64,000 bases of DNA, from contig CM074512.1 in the NCBI GenBank assembly GCA_037379345.1, positions 62,207,597 to 62,271,596 of the forward strand, in the 5' to 3' direction. Position 1 is the first letter of the stretch, and each line of letters opens with the position of its first letter. The position numbers were made by a program, and so were the translations under genes. Positions 53,404 to 64,000 of the stretch are shown piece after piece. Under the pieces are notes generated by a model. The model worked only from the letters and a program-made list of their open reading frames with translations. It searched no databases and was not told the DNA's origin. Source of the stretch: Perna viridis (taxonomy: Eukaryota).

Positions 53404-53892
53404 AAAGAGAAAGGAAAGAGACGAAAAAAAAAGAAGAGAAATAGAGGGAAGGGAAAAAGACTACAGAAGAGAAGAGAAATAGAGGAGAAGTAGTGAGGGA
53501 AAAGAGACTAGAAGAGAAATAGAGGAGAAGAGAAAGATATTTGAGGAGAAGGGAAAGAGACTAGAAGAGGAAAGAGATAGAGGAGAAGTCGAGAAGGAAA
53601 AGAGACTAGAAGAGTAATAGAGGAGAAGAGAAAGATATTTGAGGAGAAGGGAAAGAGACTAGAAAAGAAGAGAGATAGAGGAGAAGGGAAAGAGATTGTA
53701 GAAGAGAAGAGGGGTAAAGGAGAAGGGAAAGAGAAACTAAGCTAGAATAGAAAAGAAGTAGGGGAGAAGGGAAATTGACTATAAGAGAAGAGAAATAGGG
53801 GAGAATGGAAAGAGAAGAGAGGGAAACCGAAGAGAAGAGTAGAGTAGAGTAGAGTAGAGTAGAGTAGAGTAGAGTAGAGAAAAGAAGAAGAA
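53404..53892 (+). repeat. ~490-bp polypurine low-complexity tract ending in (AGAGT)8
   Basis: Almost exclusively A/G on the + strand, with recurring GAGGAGAAGGGAAAGAGACTAGAAG. Confidence 0.95.
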
Positions 53893-55891
53893 ACGATTTT
53901 TATAGGGCGGAGCTGTTTATTTGTATTCTTATTATTTTCTAAAAGAAATCACCTTTTAATTTGCAGAGTATATGTAACGTTAAAAACTCCATACCATCCC
54001 ACAGTACATGGATTAATATTATTATTTAAAAACTTAAGTTAAAATTAAAACGTTAGGTATGTTCATTATTCTGTCTCATTGCGCTTCATATACATTTAAA
54101 TGTCAATAAATTCAGGGTTTGCATGCGTTCGTGGTATAATTAATGTTTTGGAACCCGAGCTCCGATCGTATCAGCCATATATTATATCAGTTTAACGTTC
54201 TTCACCACTGGTTCAGTAAATTTCTCACGCCTGTTCGAGGAAGACTCCTATAGCTTATTTTAAACCCAATTTTGTCAAAAATGTTACCGGTTACGGTTTT
54301 CCATAATTTCAACGAATTTAAATCTTTAAGTTTTTACTTGTTTTTGATTAATTTGGCCCGGTTCTCTACCCCTGCGCCGGTTATATGCCAGAGAAGATTC
54401 TTTGTTTTTTCTTTTCAAATATTTATATGTGTACGTACGAAATACATTAACAGGAATCAGCAGTAATTAAATGCAGTCTATTATTTATTGCTATATTTAG
54501 AGTTTGATTTCACGGGTAATTTTCCAAAAGTGGGTTTCAGTGTCATATTTCTATGTAAAAATTTGATGACAGTTATTTCAGATGATGCACATAATCTTCT
54601 TAAACGTTTTTGAGAAAGGCGCAATCAGTTTCTTTTGAAACCTGACATTTCATGGTTTGGAACTTCTTTCACGAGCTTGAATATCCTGTCCTATGTATAA
54701 GTCAGGGATTAGTCCACCCATACTGCGTGGTTATCCTAAACGATATAAAGTCAGAAAAAAAAATAGATTATAAGTCCTTGTATGGTACATGACGTAGTAC
54801 ATGTACGCCACAGTGACATTGTAAGCCCTTTCAAAGTGCTTGCAAGGGTTGTGTGCAGTTTGGATAGGTATTTAATTTTCACAGGTTCGGTATTTCATGA
54901 CACTAAAGTAGCCGCCTATCTGGTTGAATACGTTTCCTGATAAGTCAGTTAGAAATATTCTACCATTGGGTGAAGCAGTGCTTTTCGTGTTTAGCACTTC
55001 ACCCGAACGGCATATAAAATTGAACCACATTTAAAAATACATACGATCAGCTGCAAAAATATTGTAGATGTTTATACCATACATTTTGTGTACTGTTGTA
55101 TTGAAACTTAAGTAATAAAACCATGTGAATTCATAGAAAAGGGGGAGTGAAGAGCTAAATTGACAGGTTCAAAGAAAGAAAAAACATTTTGGATAAAGAT
55201 AAATACTGCATGCATTTTATGTGAAATTTGAAGACTGATTCAGCAGCACTGATTCTTCATTCCTACATTTGTGGATGTTAAATGGTGCCACTTAAAACGG
55301 AGAAACCGAGGATTAATTTCCAGGAAACTTCGATCTACATATATAAAATCGATATTACACTGAAAATCTGCAAAAAACAAAAAGAAACCAACAAACAAAG
55401 AAAACCAGACACACAAGCAAACAAAGAAAAACTATCAACAACAAAAACAAATAATGCAGTAATATTTTAAACTAAAAAGAGGTCGTTTTAACAGTTCTTA
55501 AATATGAAGCTTTTATTCATGATCTGTTCTTCAACATTTAAAGGAATAGTTCCTCGTTATCAAATATTCTTCCTTATTTTTTTTCTAATTTTCATTTTGA
55601 ATGGTGTGAATCTTTTTTTTTATTTCGATGCTGATCAAACAATTAATTGTATATGATACTGAACTTGAGGAAATATTCATACATTGTAAGAATTAACCAT
55701 TAACACCCAAATCGACCCATATATTTCGTCAGCCTTGGACGTGATCGACACCGGTACTCGGAAATTTTCAGAAAAAACCATCAAAATATGATTAGAGAAA
55801 AACTCTAACGTCAACCCTTTGACACCGAATTCCCGTGAATTGAGGGTGTAAATGGGTGGACAAGAAAAAAAGAGTTGCATTGAATATTTAA

Positions 55892-56103
55892 GGAGTTAGA
55901 CCTAGGGTAAGGGACACAACTCTTAAAAACTATTGGAATGTTTGTATTCAGCATTTAACATCAATAATATGTAAGCATCTAATTAACTTGGATTCATTTT
56001 ATCCTGTTTCAAACGAAAGCTTGAGAAGCTTTGGTGACATTGAATATAATACAAACATATCACTGATTTCATGAGTTATGTCCCTTACCCTAGGTCTACC
56101 TCC
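55892..56103. mobile_element. 212-bp MITE with TTAA TSD and GG termini (Kolobok-like)
   Basis: TTAA|GGAGTTAGACCTAGGGTAAGGGACACAACTC ... GAGTTATGTCCCTTACCCTAGGTCTACCTCC|TTAA. TTAA with purine-purine 5' ends is typical of Kolobok rather than piggyBac. Confidence 0.85.
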
Positions 56104-58466
56104 TTAAAAAAACTGCACATATTAAAGTTACTTACTGTTCGTTAGCCCAGTTTAGTTCATTTGTTAGATTTTGTGATTGATTTCTGTTTTTGTTTCCCAG
56201 CAGACGACTTCAATCTAAAATACATATAGTTTGACGGCTATATTCTTTGCTTGCTTCTATTTTCGGAAGTATCAGTCGCTTATGAGTCGAAAAGGGTAAG
56301 AACACAAGAATGATGTCTTCGGTTGATTATTTGCATTAAAATCTTAGTTTTTAGTGTTTTTTTTAATCTTGTCAGCTTTCTTACAGCCTATTGGCCTAAT
56401 TTCATTAAAGTACACAGTATCCTGGTTAGGGTTAAGCAATTTCACGTGACCCACCGATATATCACATGACCAGGCCAATATCTTATGTTTTATGATAGCT
56501 TGAAATATCATTACTAGTAAACCATGGTCTTTTTTACTCAACATTTCACTATTAATAGTCTTTCCTATCCGCACAAAAATCTACCCTTCTCATATTTAAT
56601 GACGCAAATCTATTATATTTAAACGAGAAACATGGTGCATTATGCAACCATCATAATGTATGATAATTTATTTACTTTTCAACAATGATGGGAATTGAAT
56701 ACAATAATTTGTATTTCAGCACTTAACTGCACACTTTTCAAATTTTTAATTTTTTATGCCGAGTCATATGTTGTTCTCCGTCATATAATCTTCTAATTTC
56801 GCGTGGCTGTAGGTGTTCAAAGTGATGATATCTTGTCTAATTTTATTAAGAAATTCAAAGTCCATTCAGGAATATTTTTGCTTAAAATATGTTATTAAAT
56901 CTATGGTAACAGATGATAATTTTCATCATGGCGGTCTCCCTCTCTACACTAATATTTTAACATCAAGTAGAAAAGAAAATTTTGTAGAATGAATGTATTG
57001 TCAATAATTGTCGAAAGCTTGGTCTTTCCTTACACGGAAGATTTTTTAACGATTTCATCCAGCAGAAGACAATTGTAATCTGTTTGTGCACTTTCAAGTT
57101 GATATCGTAGGATATTTATAGTTATGTCTCACAGATTCACGATGATAGCTTATAACTTTGTGGAAGGCTGAGAGCCGTTAGCCGGCTAAGAACACAAGCT
57201 ACCCACCTCTTTGTGTGCAATTGTAATCAACAAGATGCAGAAAAATTGTTGAATATATTTCTTACAATAATAGAACATTGTCTAAAGCACGGACCTACAA
57301 ACCGTCTTGCCCACAACGTCAACAGGACTCTACGTTTAGCTTTCGAAATTTGGACTACCACAATTTTAATGTATAAACCAAACAAAATTTAGTTTATTTT
57401 TAATTCATGTACCAAGATTTTTTACAAGTAGTTCCCGGATTTTACAACGCTAACTAACTAAAGGGATATGAAGCTTAGTAGGAACTGTGATCTCGGATTT
57501 TAGAGTACATCACACTGAACAAGAAAACCAGGGCTATGAAAATCCAAACCTGTGATACAACATGTTGGTTCAAGCATATTCGAAGGGTTTCGTAGGAATT
57601 TTCACACACAAAAATGCATCCGAAAAGCAAACCGTACAAAATCTGTATATGCATTGTGCAAGTACTGTTCTATTGCATATGCAAATGTAGAGTCAGCCCC
57701 GAAGGAACACTACATGACCACCCAACTATTTCCCCAGAAAGATACCCATGGGGATCCTCACGTGACACCTCATATGTTTTTAAAGGGTCGTTATAGTGGG
57801 CGATTACTTCTGGGTAGCTTGGATTGAATTTCTACATGAATGATCAACGTAGTCTTAAAACTGACACACCTTAACACAAAACTGTTTATCATATTAATAG
57901 GTCTCCTGTGCACTTTAACATAAAACATGGATAAAGTTTCCACCTTATCGACTCTATATTTTTTGTAATGCCGAAAAACTTAAGCTCAAATATACATTAA
58001 GAATATTAAGTAGCCGTGATGCGTAGAAGTGTTCCAGGGTTCTCGCTATCTACCCTGTTTCACGAATTCTTTCGGTCTGTCGGGTTCTGTTCGACTGAAT
58101 GAGCAGCCCTGATTATACCCTCAAACCCTCACGTCATTCCGTCAGCTGATATAATTCATTGGGTACATTTTAAACTTCCTATCACGGTTTCCAACAAGTG
58201 TCAACTTTTACATTTGGAAGCTTCTATTTTTAATTTGTATTTTAAATCAGAAATGTAAAAGTGCTTCTTATGGTGTTTCTGACTTATTGGTTCTTACTAA
58301 TTAGTTAGATTTATGAATGAACTTTGTGATAGTTGGTTTATTGATGTAAGTAGGTTACAGAATATTACAGAAGGTCGAGATATTGAAGTTTAACAAAGAC
58401 CAATGAATTAACGTTCCTTTGGCTGTCAGCAAATTTGTAACAAAACGACATTTTACTTTTCCAATA

Positions 58467-58598
58467 CAGTCAAACTTGTCTCTATGCTTAGGTGATCTTT
58501 CATGGGAGTCGAAAATGCTTTACATAGGAATATCGTAATTATTATAGTCTTTTAAGACAGGTTGTTTCTGAATACAGGTGGTCGCTAAGACAAGACTG
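58467..58598. mobile_element. Degenerate pogo/Tigger-type MITE
   Basis: TA|CAGTCAAACTTGTC ... ACAGGTGGTCGCTAAGACAAGACTG. Confidence 0.55.
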
Positions 58599-59434
58599 CA
58601 CACTCGAAGTAAACAGTTTTTGAAATGTTTGGAAAAGGAATATTAATATTTTCATTATAACCAGTCACGTTTAATTATTTTCAGCGTTCAGATTGGTTCT
58701 TGCTAATGGGAAGAGTACACATGCTTAACTTTAGAATTGCAGACAGTTCGTCGAAAATCATTTGCATTTTCTGTTGCTAGACATAAAGTGTCTGCACTAA
58801 CACCTGTCTCCTAGTATGGGCCATTTTAGTTGAAATAAACATTGTTTGCCGAGTATATGCATGTAGTGTTGTTGTTTTTTTTTGTTTTTTTTTTATATTT
58901 CGATTCTTTATTATTTATTAACAAACTTAAATTTCCCTATACTTTCTTTGATTTTTTTTATGAATGATGACTTGCCACCCACTGAAACTAAACCCAGAAT
59001 ATTACAGAATAAACATAATTCTTTAACTATTGATAGGTTTTGTAAAGTTGAAGTATATCATTGAGATATTTTTTGGCAGGTTTGGTGTGATTTGTCATAA
59101 TTATCTAATTTGAATCTTTCTACCGTCAGGGGCATGAACTGAATCCGAAAGGCGGAATGATGCATTATTGTCTCACGGAAGTACCCGTGTCTGATCGTAT
59201 CGCAATCTCGACTTTGACCAATCAATTTTATTTGGGTCAGAGGACAAAAACAATATTACAACAAGGGATCACAGGACAAAATGGGGTCGTTAAAGCCATT
59301 ACTTTATGGTTCTTTTAAGATATCATAGGAACTTTTGACCTGCATGAAAACTTGATATTGTAGAAAAGCTAAATCAAGGATAACAACATTTAATACTATA
59401 ATAATTCAAGAAGCAAAAAAGCAAAACCCCCCCC

Positions 59435-59468
<34 letters not shown>

Positions 59469-59509
59469 AAGGCAAAACATCCCCCTAAAAAGGGAAAAGG
59501 GAGAAGAAA

Positions 59510-59620
59510 CGCAGTCTTGAACGACTGTACAACTGACAGAAAAGAGAATGAAATGGACACTCAGGGTCCACCAAGAACTTGGGAGTATGGACCAGGCGCC
59601 CTGGAGGTATTGGCATTTTT
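59510..59620 (-). mobile_element. 3' region remnant of a Penelope-like element
   Basis: The minus strand reads ACCTCCAGGGCGCCTGGTCCATACTCCCAAGTTCTTGGTGGACCCTGAGTGTCCATTT, which I recall as a molluscan Penelope-like 3' repeat. It abuts a poly-A/poly-C run at 59415-59470. Confidence 0.55.
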
Positions 59621-59826
59621 CTTTTTTTTCTAGAAATACTAACCAGATTACTGTATAACATCGTATTATTTTTAAAGGTGTGGTTCACCGCTTATGTATA
59701 TATCGAATTAGATTCTTACGGAGTTTCCTTTACGGTTGCCAACAAGACAAATTTTGGAATCGATACAGTTATGAAACTGATTTTTTAATGTGTTGTTGAT
59801 CTAAACACTATCAGTTTTATAAGGAT

Positions 59827-60030
59827 CATTGCATTTTATGTTCCACTACACAGAAACTGACATTTTAATGTCAGTTTCTGAAAAAAAACATTGTGTTTAT
59901 GTGTTTCCCCACACATAAACTGACATTTTAACGTAAGTTTCTGAAATGGCCATTGCGTTCTGCGTTCCACTACTATTCAGAAACTGACACTTTAACGTAA
60001 GTTTCAGAAATGACTGTTGTGTTCTCTCAC
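59827..60030. repeat. 62-bp tandem repeat x3+ with a 30-bp palindromic core
   Basis: Units start at 59827, 59889 and 59951. Core CAGAAACTGACATT-TT-AATGTCAGTTTCTG. Confidence 0.9.
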
Positions 60031-60839
60031 TCCGTGTACTAACAGTCAAGATTACATCGCGAAAAAGAGAAAGTATATTTCCATTTAGAAGCGACCTTTG
60101 CCATCGTTTGTTCTGGAACACAGCCTCGTTGTTTTGTTTTTATTTGAAATAAAGGCGATTCGACAAATGAATCCTAAACGTGACCTTAATTGGAGATGAC
60201 TGTAATATTTGCTCAGCTTGAGATATGGGACGAATCGAGACCCGTCTGAAAAGCCGACACAAATGAAGCAGAAATCGTTGTTTTAATTGCATCATTCAAG
60301 CTTTTTATCTTCATGCTTAAAAGATAACTGTTTGTGAACAGAATCTAATATCTTTTCAACCATTGACCTCGATGTTTCACGATCTGACTCTGTTCGTTTG
60401 GTGATATTATCTTTTTATACATCAGCTGCCCAAAAGCCAAGGGGAGCGAAGACAATTTTAAAATTACATCCCAATACATGTTCTCGTTTGATTTATTGTT
60501 TTGTTACATTTTAAGCTAATCAAATCAGAATTTATTGGGAACATACAGTCCATTTGATTCTGTCAATAGGGATTTTATTGGGTCTTTGTTAGACATTCAT
60601 ATGTACAAGTCTTTTCATTACGCATTTAGAAAATATTAATATTGAGATTGAATTAGAATACACCATCACATTCTCTACGACGTGTCATCATTCAAACCGC
60701 ATTAATTAAAACAATTCCACCAAAATAATATCCTAGATTGAGGTAGTTGTGGTTTACGCAATGAAATAACTCATTTCTCAAAATTTCATGATACAGAAAC
60801 AGACTACACACTAATAAGTAAACTAGCCAAAATAAACGG

Positions 60840-61066
60840 TTTTTTTTATCGTACCGATGATACAGCGGATTTTGTGGCGTATTCACGACCAACAGTGTAT
60901 CAAACCCTCGATTTTTTTTATCCTACCGATGATACAGTGGATTTTTTGCCGTATTCACGAACAACAATGCATCAAACCCTCGATGTTATATTTTTTTAAA
61001 TCGTACGGATGATACAGTGGATTTTGTGGCGTATTCACGACCAACAATGTATCAAACCCTCGATGT
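60840..61066. repeat. 72-80-bp tandem repeat x3
   Basis: ATCGTACCGATGATACAGTGGATTTTGTGGCGTATTCACGACCAACAATGTATCAAACCCTCGA occurs three times, separated by T-runs. Confidence 0.95.
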
Positions 61067-62983
61067 TTTATTTCAGTTTTGTATTTTGTGTTAGCTTTTC
61101 TCGTTTTACATTGATTTATGTCACATTTATAGTATTTAATGAGTTACACATCGTGTAACAACTGCTTTTATGCCTCGATCTGTTGTTTTCCTAAGTATCA
61201 AGTAAACGCTTGTTTCAAATAAGAATTTTAATTGTTTTTACTGCAAAATATATATATCAGCACATTTCTTCGTCATATATGGGCCATCATGATATGTTAA
61301 ACAGCACTAGACTTTAATTCCCAAATTTGACACCGCTGTCGATCTGGGCAGTCAAGTGTCAAGGATTTCAGGGAAAAACTGTAGCTTGAGGTTTTCACTA
61401 ATTTTTCAACACGGTCTTCCTTGTTAGACATGGAAAAGCAAGGTATAACACTTCCTATTTACATGTATGACTATTTGACCATCTTTAGAGTGCAAATAAA
61501 CTCACTTTCATTTTCATCATTTCTCATGAAGTTTTAGCTGTTTGTTTTGAACACGTCAAAAACTCGGAATGTTAAAATTACGAAAGCGATCTTAAAAATG
61601 CAATAATTGTACCTTGTAAATTACGTATTGTGCATTCGCTTCAATGAGCGGTTGCCACCCTGAAATTGGGACAACTGGTTAAACTAAAGTGATTTTACGC
61701 GTCAACTTGAATTGCATAATTCGAGAAAAAAATGGCGACATTTGGATTCATATACAGCCATAAATAATAATGTAGTTAACCCTAATATGTTCATAATTAA
61801 TTCTTTAAACACTATTCATAGTTTTATTAATTTACATTCCGCTGTAACTTTATTTAGAGGAAAAGAAGACATAACATGGTAGCATTAAGCCAATGGAACC
61901 CATCATCTTTTTAAATGTTTGTTTATGTCCATTAATTTTAACATTTAAACACCCCGCTTATTAATCTTACGGTTTCATTGCCCTTTATGGTTAGATGCCA
62001 TCGTAGATTTCTATGATTTATTTATCTAAAACTAGACCATATTAGTCTCGAGCAAATAAGAAGAAAAAAAGACCTGCTCTTTGTCGCCCGAGGTTACATA
62101 CAATCTACTTCCGTCTGCTTACTAAACTGTTACCATAATATTGGTAGAACGTTGTAATTTAGCTACCCACAAAATTTTTTCCCCGAAACCATAGCCATGT
62201 AATCTTAATAATTGTCGTACCATGGGTTTAAAACTCCTACGAGTGATATAACAGTTTCTGGGTATGTAAATAGAAACCATGAAACCCAACTTTTACAATC
62301 AAATGCTGTGCTTTACACGTGAAGTCGAGTGGTTTGGTCATTTTTATGTTTCAAGGGGGGTCTATCTATAGTTTCAAGGGGGGTCTATCTATAGTTTTTG
62401 TGGCTTGGCCAGATGACTGTTCAGTCACAAACAAACCTTCGGAAATGTATAAGGTGTATACATGCCTACTCCATGTTAATATTATTAACTCTTAATGAGT
62501 GCTGGACTTAAAAATGAAATCTGGTTGAAGGCATTTTAAATGTTGGATACCTCACCTTCATTGCCTTTAACAAGAAACGACGTATTATCAACATCTTCTA
62601 AAAAAAATTAAAAAAATATTCGGACTAAATTTGTGAATACATATCTTGTATTTTGCCCTGTACCAACTATTAAATTTTACAGGAGTTTTCCATTTAAAAG
62701 TTCTGCATCTAATAATAAAATACAAAAATATCAATCATGAAATATGTACGCTGTACACGTGTTTCAAGAAGTAACATCTTACCAGCGGCATTATAACCAA
62801 ATGTTAAGAAAACTCAAGATTAAAAAAATTAATTATTATATACAAGAAATCAAGCAACGAAGAGTTCTACCAAAATATGTCAAGAGAGCTACAGCAATGT
62901 TGCCCCATGTATAAAAATGTTCGTATATACTGTTGCATGATTGAAGCAAAATTATTTATTTACAGTTTCATATAATTTTTCAG

Positions 62984-63029
62984 ATGGCCATATGTTATCT
63001 AATCTGTATATGTTTTATTTTTGTTTTAG
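62984..63029 (+). CDS. Probable signal-peptide-coding start exon MAICYLICICFIFVL of a secreted or membrane protein continuing downstream
   Basis: Acceptor ATTTTTCAG directly before the ATG, 15 hydrophobic codons plus 1 nt, then consensus donor TAG|GTAAGT (phase 1, usual for signal-peptide exons). Confidence 0.55.
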
Positions 63030-64000
63030 GTAAGTGAAAAAAATCAAAGTTTACAGTAAAAGGTAAAAAACATGATTGTCTTTCGTATTTGTAAAATAGA
63101 CTACGACACGCAGAGAAAATATCTAGCAATTGGGGAACAGTTGTATAATTTCATCATTTGATATCCCAGCGGATTAATTCATTAGAGTCTGATCGTCTTT
63201 TTTTCTCATCAGTATTATTATAATTCTGGAAAATTAATTTGTTATGAAATACAAAATATATTAAAAATTCGATTACGCAGCGGGTTCCGAAATCCTTCTG
63301 ACCCTAACTTTTTGTTCTCCGAGTGATCTACCCCTGCATCAACTCTTTGATCATCGAGGAATGAAAGTTAATGCCAGTCTCTCGAAAGTAACTACTATGG
63401 TATCTTTTTCCATATTCGGTTATCGAGAGAAAAATAAATAGGTGATAAATATGTTACACCTAAAAAACGATATCTGAAATTGAAATTTTCATTTCATTAA
63501 CTTCGTAAGGAGTTAGTTAAGAAAAGATTTCAGTGGAATTTACAAATTCACTGTATTGCTTCATTGATGTATACTGATAAAATAAAAATGCCCATTTTTT
63601 TATGAATAACATCTGGTGTATCATTTTAATGTAGACAAATTTCAAAGGAATACCGCTATCTCACTAAATACGTATTTATGTAACTATAATGAAATTTATC
63701 CGAAGTGGAAAACTTTCAAAATGTCACCGATGCCAAGGTCAAAAGGTTCAGCACACGTGCATGAACGTGCAAAAACTGCGCAGTTGGTTTAATCGTGAAA
63801 AATTTATACTTAGTGTTATTTCTAGTTAAGTTACAGTGAGTTTCTTGTTTTTAATCCGACAAAATACGAAGCGGAAAATTAAATTCTTAAATACTGCCCT
63901 TCCCGTGAAGAACTTACTGGCTGAACATTCAAACGTCAACCATAAAATCTACGTCTAACTTAGTGCGGCTCAGCAGCTTTCAATCAGAAACAGGGTGACA

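Noticed and set aside
59827-61066. Possible CRISPR arrays
   Set aside because: The spacers are mutually homologous, there are no cas genes and the context is eukaryotic. These are tandem repeats.

Overview
AT-rich eukaryotic DNA (roughly one-third GC by eye), not prokaryotic. It has no operons, no long ORFs, no CRISPR array, and no intact rRNA or tRNA gene that I could find. It does have spliceosomal GT-AG signals, microsatellites and a dense set of decayed transposons. The Penelope-like RT remnants and SINE/MITE sequences resemble those I recall from bivalve molluscs, so the taxon is an inference. Coding content is sparse: a phase-consistent 4-exon orphan gene on the minus strand at the left edge (N-terminal membrane anchor plus coiled coil), a likely signal-peptide exon near the right edge (+, 62984-63029), and a possible secreted-protein first exon (-, 46435-46724). 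The rest is intronic or intergenic. It holds many fold-back/MITE elements: a CAGTGG-ended family with 5-bp TSDs, a 9-bp-TSD MITE nested in a ~1.6-kb long-TIR element, a TTAA-flanked element, pogo/Tc1-type MITEs and palindromic elements. The most unusual items are a tandem array built from truncated tRNA-derived SINE heads (27.8-28.3 kb), a perfect 80-bp inverted repeat (33925-34336), a GC-rich two-state hairpin (3744-3822) and a 34-bp minisatellite with trimeric higher-order structure. I found no convincing new multi-gene system. Most supplied ORFs are chance frames.
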